Shown here piece after piece: positions 51,623 to 63,640 of a stretch of 64,000 nucleotides of DNA; position 1 is the stretch's first letter, and every line of letters begins with the position of its first letter. A model generated the notes under the pieces. That model made no database searches and was not told the origin of the DNA. It saw nothing but the letters and a program-made list of their open reading frames with translations. Position numbers and translations under genes: made by a program. Origin of the DNA: Hemiscyllium ocellatum (Eukaryota); the NCBI RefSeq assembly GCF_020745735.1, contig NC_083409.1:12771259-12835258 (forward strand), read 5' to 3'.

Positions 51623-52146
51623 CCCTTTTCCAGATTGACATTGACAGAAAACAGTCAGCAATTAACAGCCCAGACAGAGGAAGCTGCACAAATTCACAGC
51701 CACAATGGAGCTTGAGGAAAACACTTGTGGAGATTTGCTCAATAACATGAGAATCCTGTCCCTTTAAACAGTGACAAAACCTTAAATTGGAACTGAGAGC
51801 TAAGCAGAAAGGAGATCTGGTTTACTGAAGCAGAGAATTCTGAGGTTCACATTGTTTTGTACAGCTGACAGTCTTCAGCAACTTCAAGAGATTTTACTTG
51901 GCATTACAAGTCAATTCTGTCCCACCAAAGACTCCCAGAACAGGGACAGCATGGGGTTTGACACAGCGTAAAGCTCCGTCGACACTGTCGCAATGATTTG
52001 CTTTTATATCCAAACCTCAGAAGTGTCTCTGAGCAATCCTGAGAAGGAAGAGAATTGAAATTCAGTGCTGACAATGACCTTTGTCCTGCCAGCTCAGCCC
52101 TGTTCTATTTAAAGTTGTGTCTCCTCTGTGGACTGTCTCAAACACT

Positions 52147-52475
52147 CTACACACATTCTGATCTCCTGATGCTCTTGCTGAGGGGAGAGGGGAGGGTCAC
52201 ATGGGTGAGAGCGCAGGAGAAGTGAGCGTTGGACTCCCAGTCAGACTCAGAGAGGGTCAGCAGGCTGCTGACACTGTAGGTGCTGTCCGAAGCTCGCAGG
52301 TAGTTGCTGGTCTGAACCCCATCCGAAATGACTGCACCGTCCTTCTTCCACTGCACCTCCAGCTCATCGGGATAGAAGTGATTGGCAAGGCACACCAGGG
52401 TGGCAGTGCCCTTGGCATTGATCTGTTCCGGGAAGGGGGGCAGCTGGGTTAGCTTGGGCTGAGAGTTGTCATGGC
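52147..52475 (-). CDS. IGKC: Ig light-chain constant exon, kappa type (shark NS4-like), open
   Basis: tctttcag| (S)HDNSQPKLTQLPPFPEQINAKGTATLVCLANHFYPDELEVQWKKDG...STYSVSSLLTLS...FSCALTHVTLPSPLSKSIRRSECV*. C1-set Cys/Trp residues and the penultimate Cys are intact. Confidence 0.97.
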
Positions 52476-53054
52476 CTGAAAGACAAGAGAAACAATTTTA
52501 ATCCCTGCCATTTGAAGTGATTTCAACTCTCAGAATATTCACTGATAAAATGTTTGAACATTTGTAGCCAATACCTAACAAACCCCAGAAAAGAACAGGC
52601 ATTGTTTAAGTTGCTTCTTGGGATGTGAGTGTCACTGGCAGGATCAGCATTTATTGCCAATCCCTAATCACCCAGAGGGCAGTTTAGAGTCAACCAAATT
52701 GTTGTGGGTCTGGAGTCACATGGTAAGGATGGTAGTTTCCTTCCTTAAAGGACATCAGGGAATCAGATGGCTTTTTCCTGACAATCAACAATTGTTTCAT
52801 GGTCATCATTAGACTCTTAATTGCAGATTTTTTTATTGAATTCACATTCAACCATCTGCTGCCACAGGATTCTAACTCTGGCCCCCAGAACATTAATCTG
52901 GATCTCTGGATGAACAGCTCAGCAATAGTACCATTAAATCATCACCTCCTTTATCTTATTTTTAGTTGAGCGTGAAAGCAAGAAGTTTGTTTCTGAACAG
53001 GATGATTCTGAAAAGCACAACTGAAAGACTCCCAGTTCATCCCAAAAACGATTA

Positions 53055-56000
53055 GCTCCTTGAAAGTGGAGTTGCAGGTAGGTCAGGGAGTGACAAAGTC
53101 ATTTGCCATGCTTTCCTTTATTGGGCAACGCATTGAGTATTGGAGTTGGGAACTGTTGCACCTGTACAGGACATTAGTTTGGCCCCTTTTGGAATTCTCT
53201 GTGGAATTCTGGCCTCCCTGCTGTAGGAAAAATGTTGGGAACCTTAAAATGGTTCAGAAAAGATTTCCAAGGATGTTGTCAAGTTGGAGGGTTTGTGCGA
53301 TCGGGAGAGGCTGAATAGGCTGAGGCTATTTTCCCTGGATCGGTGGAGGCTGAGGGGTGACCATATCGAGGTTTCTAACACAATGAGGGACATTGATCAA
53401 GGGAGTAGAGAAGATATTTTGGTCAGAGTGAAGGAGTCCAGAACTAGGGGGCATAGGTGGAAAGTATCAGGAGAATGATTTAAACGGGAACTAAGGCATA
53501 ACGTTTTCCTGCAAGAGTGGTACATTTTTGGAATGAGCTGCCAGAGGAAGTGGTGGAGGCTGGTATGGTAACATTTAAAAGGCATTTGGGTGAGTGTATG
53601 AATAGGAAGGGTTTGGAAGGATATGGGCCAAATGCTGACAAATGGGGCTAGATTAATTTAGGTTATCTGGTCGGCCTGGATGAGTTACACAGAAGGATCT
53701 ATCTCTGTGCTGTACATCTCTATGACACTATGTCTCTGTGGTTGACATGGATGAGTCAGATCGAAGAGTCTGTTTCCATGCTGTACATCTCTATGACTCT
53801 AATTGTGTTTCAGTCAAGCCCTCAGCACCTCAGACTCTGCCAAAGACAGTTACACTTTGCTTCAAAACCAGTCACTGTTGCAATTTCAGGAAAGGGGCAG
53901 CCAATTTCTACACACCAAGATCCCACTGGAAGCAATGAGATCAAAGAGCATTCTTCATGATTTTGGTTCAAGGATAAAAAATTCCTGAGAAAGTAATTTG
54001 GTTCAGTTGGATGGACAATGAGAAAATGGAAGGTAAAGGAGAAGGTAGGATTGCTGGTTAGTGATGGGATTGATTGTTACCAAAAAATAAAAGGAAGGGA
54101 GGGAATTTTTGAATATCAAAGATGCCATAAAAGTGCAGGGAAAGTCAAGAATAGATCAACCTTAAAGATTTTGTGTCTAAATGCACGAAGCATTCCGAGT
54201 CAGGGAGACAAAGTGATGCCCCAAATCGAGGTAAATTGAGTTTCCAAGTAATTTAAACTAGTTAAAGTGGAGGAGGGCTCAGGAGAGGTTAGCAAAGATT
54301 CTGGAAGATGTAGTAGGACTGAGAGCATGGAAGGGATTAGGAATCAAATGTCAAGCACAGCAGATGAGATGAACAATGATGAGAAGGAGGGCAGTCAATG
54401 TAGGACTGAGGGTGTTGTACTTAAATGCACACAGTATACACAATGAGCTTGTAGTGCAGATTGAAACTGGCAGGTACAATGTTGTGGGTATCACAGAGAC
54501 ATGGCTGTAAGGGGATCCGGGCTGGGAACTAAATATCCAAGGATCCATATCCTATCAAAAAGACAGGCAGAAGAGCAGAGGGACAGGAGTTGCCTTGTTA
54601 GTAAGAAATGACTTTAAATCAATAGCAAGAAAGATACAGTCAAAAGGTGTAGAATCTGTGTGGGGAGAGTTGAGGAACCCAAGAAATAACGAATCTGGTG
54701 CAAGTTCAGGTCTCCAAGCAGTAAACAGGGTGTGGGGAAGGAAATCAATCAGGAGACAGAAAATCCATTAAAAAAATGGAGAGGTGGATTGGGTAGCACG
54801 TCTCAACAAAAAGATTTCATGGAATGTCTATGAGATGGTTTTTGAAACAGCTTGCGGTTTGGAACAGGCAGTTCGGGATTCAGTGATGTGTAATGAGGCA
54901 AACTTGGTTAGTGAGCTGAAGGTGAAAGTATCCTTCTGGATAAGTGACCATAATACGATAGAATTCCCCCTGTAGTTTGAGAGGGAGAAGCTGTAATCAG
55001 ATGGAACAGTATTTCAGTTGAGTAAAGGGAACGACAAAGACGTGAGGAAGGAGCTGGCCAGAGTTGATTGGAAGGGGAGCCGAGCAGGTAAGATGATGTG
55101 GCAGCAAACAGCAGAGTTTCTGGGGGTAATTCAGGAAGCAGAGTAGGAATTCATCCCAAAAAAGAAGAAACACACTAAGGGGAGGACAATGTAACCATGG
55201 CTGATGAGGGAGGTCAAGGACAGCATAAAAGCAAAAGAAAAAGCACACAATGTGGTGGAAATTAGTGGGAGGCCAGAGGATTAGGAAGTCTTTAAAAACC
55301 TGTAGACGATAACTAAAAAAAAAATTAGGGTACAGAAGGTGAAATGTGGGGGAAAGCGAGCCAGAAATATAAAAGAAGATTGCAAGAGTTTCATCAGATA
55401 TATAAAAAGGAAGATGGAGGCAGAAATAGACATTGGAAAAAGAATAATAGGAAATGAAGAAAAAGCAGAGGAATTGAATACATACATTACATCAGTCTGC
55501 ACAATGAAAAACACCAGCAGTGTCCCAGTACTTCAAGACTGTCAGGGGACAGAGGTGAGAGCAGTGGCCATTATTAAGGAGGAGGTACTGGGGAAGCTGA
55601 AATGTCTGAGTGTGAATAACTCACCCAGACTAGATGAATTACACCAGTGTGTTCTGAAGGAGATCACTGAGGAGATTGTGGAGGCATTGGTGATGATCTT
55701 TCAGGAATCAATGGAGTCAGGGTGTGGAGGTATTTTCTGAATGAGGAAAGCCTTTGGAAATCTAAAGCACAAACCTCATTCAGGATTTTCTTAAGGTGAA
55801 CAGGCAGGTACAGTCTGTGCTTGGGAAGCAAATGAAATATTAGCATTCATTTCAATAGTGCCAGAATACAAGGGCAGAGATGTACTGCTAAGGCTGTGTA
55901 AGGCTCTGGTCAGACTGAATTTGGAATATTGTGAACAGATTTAGGACCCATATTCTAAGAAACAATGTGCTGGCATTGGAGGGGTTTACAAGAATGATCC

Positions 56001-59000
56001 TGGGGATGGAGGGCTTGTCATATGAGGCGTGGTTAAGGACTCTGGGTCTGTACTCAATGGAGTTTAGAAGGACGAGGCGGGATCTTATTGAAATTTGCAG
56101 AATACAGATAGGCCTGGATAGAGTGGATGTGGAGAAGATGTTTCCGAAAACAGGAGAGACTCGCTAACCAAGGCACAGCCTCAGATTGAAGGGCCGACCC
56201 ATTAGACCTGAGATGAGGAGGAATTTCTTCAGCCGGATGGTGGTGAATCTGTGGAACTCATTGTTACAGAGGGCAGTGGAGGCCAAGTCACTGAGTGTAT
56301 TTAAGACAGAGATAGGTAGGTTCGTGATTGTTAAGGGGATCGAACGTTCCTGTGGAGTAGGCAGACGAATGGGGGTGAGAAGCATATCTGCCAAGATCAA
56401 ATGGCAGAGCAGATTCAATGGGCTGAATGGCTGATTTCTGCTCCTATTTCTTAAAGTCTTTTGGAGAGTTTCTCCAAAACCCTGGAACACTGAACACTGG
56501 ACTCTGAGCCCTGCTGTAGTAGCTGTTTGTCGTCAGAACTTTGCAAAGAGATTATCCAAGAGTGGAGAGAGTGTGTATCCAAGTGGGAACTTCATAATGT
56601 TTCCCAGCTCCTGGAATACCATGAGTACAGGAAGTGTGGTCAGTGACAGCAGTTGGAGCTCCGGTTTTGGAGCTTGAGCAGCAGCTGGTGTCAGTGCGGA
56701 GCGTCCGTGAGGCTGAGAGGTCCGTGAAGAGCACGTTTCTAGATGTGGTCACTCCGCAGCTTCAGAGTATGCAGGGAGTGAGGGAATGGGGGAGCAGCAG
56801 ACAGTGCAAAAGGACCAGGCAGCTAGTACAGGAATCCCCAGACATCCTACTCTCCAACCAGGATTCAGTTCAGAATCCTGATGCGAATGATGGTTCATCT
56901 GGGGAGTGTAGCCAGGGCGAAGTCCCTGGCACCACGGGGGGAACTAGCTGTACAGGAGGGCACAAGGAAAACTGGAAGAGTGATAGTGAGAGGGGATTGG
57001 AGAGTGAAGGCAGTCGATAGGTGTTTCTGCAGCTGCAGATGGGAATCCAGGATGGTGTGTTGTCTCCCTGGTGCCAGTGTCAAGGATATCACTGAGCGGC
57101 TGCAGACCACCCTGAGGGGAGAGGGGGAACAGGCAGCAGTTCGTGGTCCACATCGGTCCCAGTGACAGAGGGAGAAAAGGGATGTAGTCCTGCAGTCAGA
57201 GGTTTTGGAGCTTCCTACTTTTAAGTAATCTGGGAGCTTCCTACTTTTGAGTTCCTGCTGCTAATTAGTAGCAGGAACTCAAAAGTAGGAATCTCCAGAT
57301 TACTCCCAGTGCCCCACGCAAGTGAAAAAGGGCTCAGGCCCGAAACGTCGACTCTCCTGCTCCTTGGATGCTGCCTGACCTGCTGCGCTTTTCCAGCAAC
57401 ACATTTTCAGCACCCCACACAAGTGAGAATAGAATCAGGAGGTGAACACAGGTGATTGCTGGGCTGGAAAGAGGATCCATGAGGGAGGGCTTTAGATTTT
57501 TGTGAGGTGGTTTACTACTGTTAGAGAGGGTTTAAACTAACTTGGCAGGGCTGTGGGAGCCAGGGGCAAATATCAGAGAGGAACACCAAGGACCACAGAA
57601 TCCTCACAGCAGTCAATAAGTCACCACCCAGTGGGAAGGATGTGGAGAAATACAAATGCAAGGAATTTACAGAGACCTGCAAATATGATAGAGCCGTTAT
57701 AAATGTCGGGGGGTCTTTAATTTCTGAATATAGTGACCAGACTGGCAAAAGTGTGTTTAGGTGAATTTTCAGGTGGCATTGGTGGCTTAGTGGTTGCTCA
57801 GGGGTGGGGGTCAGCATGGTGGCTCAGTGGTTAGCACTGCAGCCTTATAGTACCAGGGTCCCAGGTTTGAATCCAGCCTTGGGTGACTGTCTGTGTGGAG
57901 TTTGCACATTCTCCCTGTGTCTGCGTGTCTTTCCTCCAGGTGCTCTGGTTTCCTTCCACAGTCCAGAGGTGTGCAGGTCAGGTGAATTGGCCATGCTAAA
58001 TTGTCCATAGTGTTTGATGCATTACTGAGAGGGAAATGGGTCTGGGTGGGTTACTCTTCGGAGATCAGTGTGGACTTGTTGGGCCAAAGGGCCTGTTTCC
58101 ACACTGTGGAGAATCTAATCTAATCATTGGCAGTGAAGAAGGCTGTCTAAGAATACAATGGAATCTTGACCAACTGGGCCAGTGGGCTGAGGAATGGCAG
58201 ATGGAGTTTAATTCAGATAAATGGGAGTGCTATATTTTGGTAAGACACAAGAGATGGGTGAGATCCTGAACAAATATTTTAGGCAGTATATATTGTGGGG
58301 AAAGCTAGGGAATTTGGTAAAATAGTGATGTCTTGAAAAGAGAACACACATAAATGAGGAGACGCTAAAGATCTTAAAACACATAAAGGTAGATAAACCC
58401 TAGGACCTGATCAGGTATATCCCAGAACATTGTGGCAACTGGGGAAGTGATTTTTGGGACCCTTGCTGAGATATATGTATCATCGGCAACCATGGATAAG
58501 GTGCTGGAGAAACAGAGAGGTTGGCTAAGATTATGCCATTATTTCTGAAAGGAAAAGTGAGGGAACTATAGACCAGTGAGCCTGATGTCAGTGCTGGGTA
58601 AGATGTTGGAGTGGATTCTGTGGGACAGGATTTACATCGTTTGGATAATCAGTGTGGCTTTGTGCATAGGAAATCATGTCTCCTGAATTTGATTCAGGAG
58701 GTGACCAAAAGAATTGATGAAGACAGAACAGTAGACATTGTCAATATGGACTTCAGAGTAAAGTGTTTGACAAGGTTCCACATGATAGACTGGTTAGTGA
58801 GGTTAGACCACATGGGATCCAGGGGGAGCGAGCCATTGGAGTCAAAAAATTGGCTTGAAGATTGGAGGCAGAGAGTGGTGGGAAAAGGTTGCTTTTCAGA
58901 CTGGAGATCTGTGAACAGCTGTGTGTTACAAGGATTGGTGCTGAGTCCACAAATGCTTTTCATCATTTAAAGAAATGATTTGGATGTGAATATAGGAGTT

Positions 59001-60540
59001 ACGGTAAGTTTGTAAATGACACCAAAATTGGTGGGACAGTGGATAGTGAAGAAGATTATCTCAGGGTACAGAGGGACCTTGATCAGATGGGGCAATGGGC
59101 AGAAGAGTGGCAAATGGAGTTCAGTTTAGATAAATGTGAGATGTTGCATTTTGGAAAGGCAAACCAGGGCAGGAGTTATACAGTTAATGGGAGGGCCCTG
59201 TGGAGTGTTGCTGAATAACAGACCTAGGGGTGAAGATGCAGGTACATTATTCCTTGAAAGTGGGTCACAGGTAGACAGGGTGATGAAGAAGGTGTTTGGT
59301 TTGCTTGCTTTTGTTCATCACTGCATTGAGTCCAGGAGTTGGATCATCATGTTGCAGCAGTACAGGAGATTGGTGAGGCTACTTTGGGAATGATGTGAAC
59401 AATCCTATCATCCTGAGATAGGAAGGATGTTGTTAAACTTAAAAAGCTGCAGAAAAGACTTACAAGGATGTGGCCAGGATTTGGAGGGTTCAAGCGACAG
59501 GGAAAGGCTGAAGAAACTGGGGCTATATTCCCTGCAGCATCTAAGGCCTCGGGGTGACGTTATAGATGTTTATAAAACCATGACGGGCATGGACTGGGTG
59601 TATATTCAAGGTCTTTTCCGTGGGAAAGGGATTCCAAAACAAGAGGACATAATTTTACGGTGAGAGGCAAAAGATTCAAAAGGGACCTGAGGGGTAACTT
59701 GTCACACAGGGTGTGGTGCGTGTCTGGATTGAGCTGCCGGAGAAAGTGTTGGAGGTGGTTACAATTACAACATTTAAAACACATTGGGATGGGAACATGG
59801 ATAGGCTGGTTTTCGAGAGATGTAAGCCAAATGCTGGCAAAAGAGATGAGATCAGTTTAGGATAGTTGGTTAGCATGCACAAGTTGGACTGAAAGGTCTG
59901 TTTCCACGCTGTATGACTCTTTGACTATGAGCGGCTGGAAAAGCTGAGACTTCTTACCCTGAAGCGGGAGGTTCTGAGGAGTGACCTTGTAGAGGTTTGG
60001 AAAATCATGAGGGACATAGATAATGTGAAGAATTCTGGAAGGAGGCGAATGTTTTGTAGCGATAGCAAAAATTGTTCCCAAAGATCATTCCAGGGATGAG
60101 GAACATCAGTTATGAAGTTTGATTGGAGAATTTGGGACTGTCTTCTTTGGAGAAGGCTGAGAGGAGATTTGTTCAAGGAATTCAGAGTCAGGAAGGGCCT
60201 GGACAGAGTAAATAGGGAGAAAATGTTCCCAATTAAGAAAGGATTCAGACCAAGAGACCACAGATCGAAAGCAATTGGGAAAAGTAACAAAAGTGAGATG
60301 GGGAACAACATTTTTAGCCAGTGAGTGGTTAAGGTGTGGAATACACTGCCTGAGAGTGTGGTGGAGGCAGCTTCAATTAAAACATTCCGAAGGGAATGAG
60401 AATGTTAGTTGAAAAGGAACAATGTGCAGGGTGGCAGGGAGAAGGCAGGAGAATGACACTCAGTGAATTGCTCATTCAGAGAGCCGGTCCAGACAGGATG
60501 GGTGGAATGGTCTCCTTGTACACTGTAACAATTCTGTGAT
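53055..60540 (+). mobile_element. Stack of CR1 LINE fragments (3' ends, APE/RT pieces, ORF1 esterase piece at 56560-57600) in the J-C intron
   Basis: Multiple degenerate CR1 ORF2 segments in the ORF track (e.g. LYSMEFRRTRRDLIE, VDIVNMDF...LTRFHM) and ORF1 MVCCLPGASVKDI. Confidence 0.85.
57813..58115 (+). mobile_element. HE1-like SINE
   Basis: agcatggtggctcagtggttagcactgc...ggtttgaatcc...tgtggagtttgcacattctccc. Confidence 0.85.
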
Positions 60541-60594
60541 TGTGTGATTGAGCAGAGTTAAAGCTGGGGGAGGTGGGAGCTCGGTGTCTCACTG

Positions 60595-60626
<32 letters not shown>
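60595..60626. repeat. (TGC)10 trinucleotide repeat in the J-C intron
   Basis: Read directly from the sequence. Confidence 0.95.
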
Positions 60627-61000
60627 AGGTCAGTGAGATCAGAGACTGGGACAGGGATCCAGAGCTCACATCAAAATCTGCCCTGAGTCTGTCACACTGA
60701 GACTGGCAGGAGGCTACTCACTGATTTCACTCCATGCTGCAGGAATGGGACCACAGGCTGCAAATGGACAGAGCTCCTCCACACAGTGAGTAAAACTGAC
60801 TGACTTCTGTCTTGCTGCTTAAGCGGGGCAATGGAACTAAAGAAGTACAGCTGGACACCCTGTTCGACACAGTGCTCCTCAATCAACCATTTCATTCACT
60901 GCAGCTCCCCACTAACACCTTCAACAATTCAGCATTTGTGTTTTAGAAAGTGTATTTCAGTATTGACAGGGTTAATAACGGACAATTGAGGTTTACTTGC

Positions 61001-61035
61001 TCAGTCTGAGTTTGGTTCCTTTACCGAACGTGTAC
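61001..61035 (-). CDS. IGKJ: Ig kappa J segment (YTFGKGTKLRL)
   Basis: FGXG motif, preceded by a perfect 23-RSS. The in-phase donor is gcaagt. Confidence 0.96.
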
Positions 61036-61074
61036 CACAGTGAGAGCTCCCAGTGCAGAGGCTGTACAAAAACC
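61036..61074 (+). promoter_or_regulatory. J recombination signal, 23-bp spacer, consensus
   Basis: cacagtg (61036-61042) + 23 nt + acaaaaacc (61066-61074). Confidence 0.97.
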
Positions 61075-61520
61075 TCAGCTCTCTGCTTCCCCCTGTCACT
61101 CTCAACCTCTCCCTGTCTCTCTCTGTCTCTGTCTATTCTTGGTCAATCTCATTCACTCCCTACCCCTCTCTGTCTCTCCCTCATTCATGTGTCTTTTTCT
61201 CTCTCTGTCTCCCTGGGTTGTGTCCAGCTACTCTCGGGGGTTTGTGAAATTTAGTTTTCATTGTTAAAACTTGCAGCTGTTCTTCACATGCGGCCATGGA
61301 GTGTAAGAGGGAAACTTGAGGCCTTCAGTGAGAGGTGGACACTACAGGGACTGGAATGTGTAGTAGACAGTGACAATCCCAGCATGGGGTAATTTGTTCA
61401 ATTTACTTTATATATAACTGTGGACGTGTCAGTGCAAGAGGTGGTACTATCTGTCCCTTATTATACATTTCATATAACTGTTGGACGTGTCAGTACAGGA
61501 GGTGGTGTTGTGCATATTGA

Positions 61521-61548
61521 GGTTTTTGTATGGCTCTGTATCACTGTA
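61521..61548 (-). promoter_or_regulatory. V recombination signal, 12-bp spacer, heptamer mutated to TACAGTG
   Basis: Minus strand: tacagtg + atacagagccat + acaaaaacc. Confidence 0.95.
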
Positions 61549-61844
61549 AAGGCTGCTGCTATACTGCTGACAGTAATAGTCAGCGACATCTTCATTCTGA
61601 ACGTTGCTGATTGTCAGGGTGAAACTGGTCCCTGATCCACTGCCGGTGAATCGATTGGAGATTCCTGTGAATCGAGTTGCTGCATCATAGATCAGGAGAG
61701 AGGGTTTCTGACCTTCTCGCTGCTGGGACCAAGCAAGGTTGCTGCTAATGCTTTGACTGGTCATACAGGTGGTGGTTGCAGTCTGGCCCAGTCCCACTGA
61801 CAGCACCGGGGGAGACTGGGTCATGATGATGTCCCCACTGATAC
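61549..61844 (-). CDS. IGKV: Ig kappa V exon (germline, unrearranged, open)
   Basis: cctcag| [26 protein letters not shown]...[17 protein letters not shown]...[35 protein letters not shown]. Both Cys and the core Trp are present. Confidence 0.97.
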
Positions 61845-62030
61845 CTGAGGGGTCAGAGAGAAACACGGTGAAGTCAGAACTGTCACAGAAAGAGCCGGTC
61901 AAATGAGAGATTGTTGGAGACACTGAGCATTCCTCTGGTTTCAGCATTTTCCCTTCAATCACAAGTCAGTGGAATTGGAGTCAAGTGGAGAGCAGCTAAA
62001 GATTCAAGGTGGAAGGAGAGAGATTTGTAC

Positions 62031-62079
62031 CTGCGATACAGAATGCCAGGGGCCAGATCAGCTGGATGTGTGAAATCAT
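62031..62079 (-). CDS. IGKV: Ig V leader exon (MISHIQLIWPLAFCIA)
   Basis: ATG at 62079; 49 nt; phase-1 donor gtacaa matches the V exon phase; hydrophobic signal peptide. Confidence 0.93.
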
Positions 62080-62139
62080 GGTGTGTGCTCCTGTCCCTGT
62101 GCCTGGTTCCTGATAAACTCTCCCTTCACTGGGCTCTGC

Positions 62140-62193
62140 TTTATAAAGCTGCAGCCTGTGAGAGTCTGACTGGGTGTTCCTCAGTATGTAAAT
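62140..62193 (-). promoter_or_regulatory. Ig V promoter: TATA-like tttataaa (62140-62147) and variant octamer ATTTACAT (62186-62193)
   Basis: Located about 60 and 110 nt upstream of the ATG, where a light-chain TATA box and ATTTGCAT octamer are expected; one mismatch in the octamer. Confidence 0.7.
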
Positions 62194-62279
62194 GGCATCA
62201 GGCAGAGAGAGCCACGTCAGCCCCTCACACTTCCTTCTCTCGCTCTCTCGCGCTCTCTCAGAGAATCATTGATGTGAAC

Positions 62280-63170
62280 AACATTGAATGAGGCCATTTA
62301 GCCCATTGTGTCTGTGTGAGTAAACAAAGATCTGATGACACTAATCCCATCCTCCAGCTCTTGACCTATCACCCTGGGGGCTACAGCAACACAAGGGAAT
62401 ATCTAAACACTGCTCCAGTGTCACGAGAGTTTGTGACTCAACCAGCCTTTCAGGCAGTGAGTTCCAGACTCCCACCACCTTCTGGGTGAAAACATTTCTC
62501 CTCAATTCTCCTCTCACTCCAATTTGACTGGGCCTGGACTCACTCAAGTTCAGAAGGATGAGAGGGAATCTGATTGAGATGTATAAAATTCCAACAGGGC
62601 TGGGCAGAGAGGAGGTTTCCTCTGGTTGGGAAGTCTGGAATCAGGGGACTCAGTCTCAGGGGGATAGAGGGTAGACCATTTAGGACTGAGATGAGGAAAC
62701 ATTTCTTCACTCAAAGGGTAGGACAACTGTGGAACCCAAGGAACTGAATAAATTCAAGAAAAGGAGAGAGATAATTGTTTTGTATTTTAACAGCATGAAG
62801 GGAATGGGGAGAAAGCAGGAATATGGTTTTGAGATGGAGGATCAGCCATGATCATACTGAATGACAGAGCAGGCTCAAAGGGCCGAAAGGCCTACTCCAG
62901 TTCCGAGTTTCTGTGTCCATGTCTGTGTTACCTGGGACACAGGTTATTGAGTACTTTACTGATATATAAAGTGCCTTCTTACCCACGCTATCACTGCCCC
63001 AAATAATCTTATCCCCCTCTATCATGTCCCCTCTCAGCCTTCACTGCTCCAAGGAAACAATCCCAACCTTTCCAAGATTTCCCCACAGCTGACCCTCCAT
63101 CCCAGGCAGCATCTTGGTAAATCTCTGCACCCTCTCAAGTACAGTCACATCCTTCCCAGAATGTGGTGAC
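62280..63170. mobile_element. CR1 3' fragments in both orientations
   Basis: LRRNVFTQKVVGVWNSLPE on the minus strand; aggactgagatgaggaaacatttcttcac on the plus strand. Confidence 0.8.
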
Positions 63171-63179
63171 CAGTACCTA

Positions 63180-63640
63180 TCCACCTCTCTCTCTCTCTCT
63201 CTCTCTCTGTCTCACATCTGCCACTTCTTTCTCTCTATCCCTCTCTCTCCTACTGTTAATCTCTTTCATGTTCTCTCTCTCTCTCACTCTGTCTCATAGC
63301 CACACTCCCCAATTCACTCATGCTTTCTCACTCCATCTCATAATTTTTATTTTTCCATCTCTCACTGTCTCCATAACTCCTTCCCCCTTTCGCTTCAATT
63401 TAAATCCTCTGTTTATCTCTCCTCTCTATACCTCCCTCTGTCTCTCTCCCTCCCTCTCTGTATTCCCAATCTACAGTCGCACTCCCTCCCTCTCTGTCAT
63501 TCTGTTTCTAATCATACTCATGTCTCTCACTTTCTCTCTCTCTCTCTCTCTCTCTCGCTCTCTCTGTCTCTCACACACACACACACACACGTACAGACAC
63601 TCACCCTTTGTCTCTGACTCACTTCTCTCTCTTTCTCACA
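63180..63640. repeat. (CT)n/(CA)n-rich polypyrimidine tract
   Basis: Read directly from the sequence. Confidence 0.9.

Noticed and set aside
61001-61844. Germline-joined VJ gene, as known for some shark light chains
   Set aside because: V and J are separated by about 510 bp and both RSSs are present; the cluster is unrearranged.
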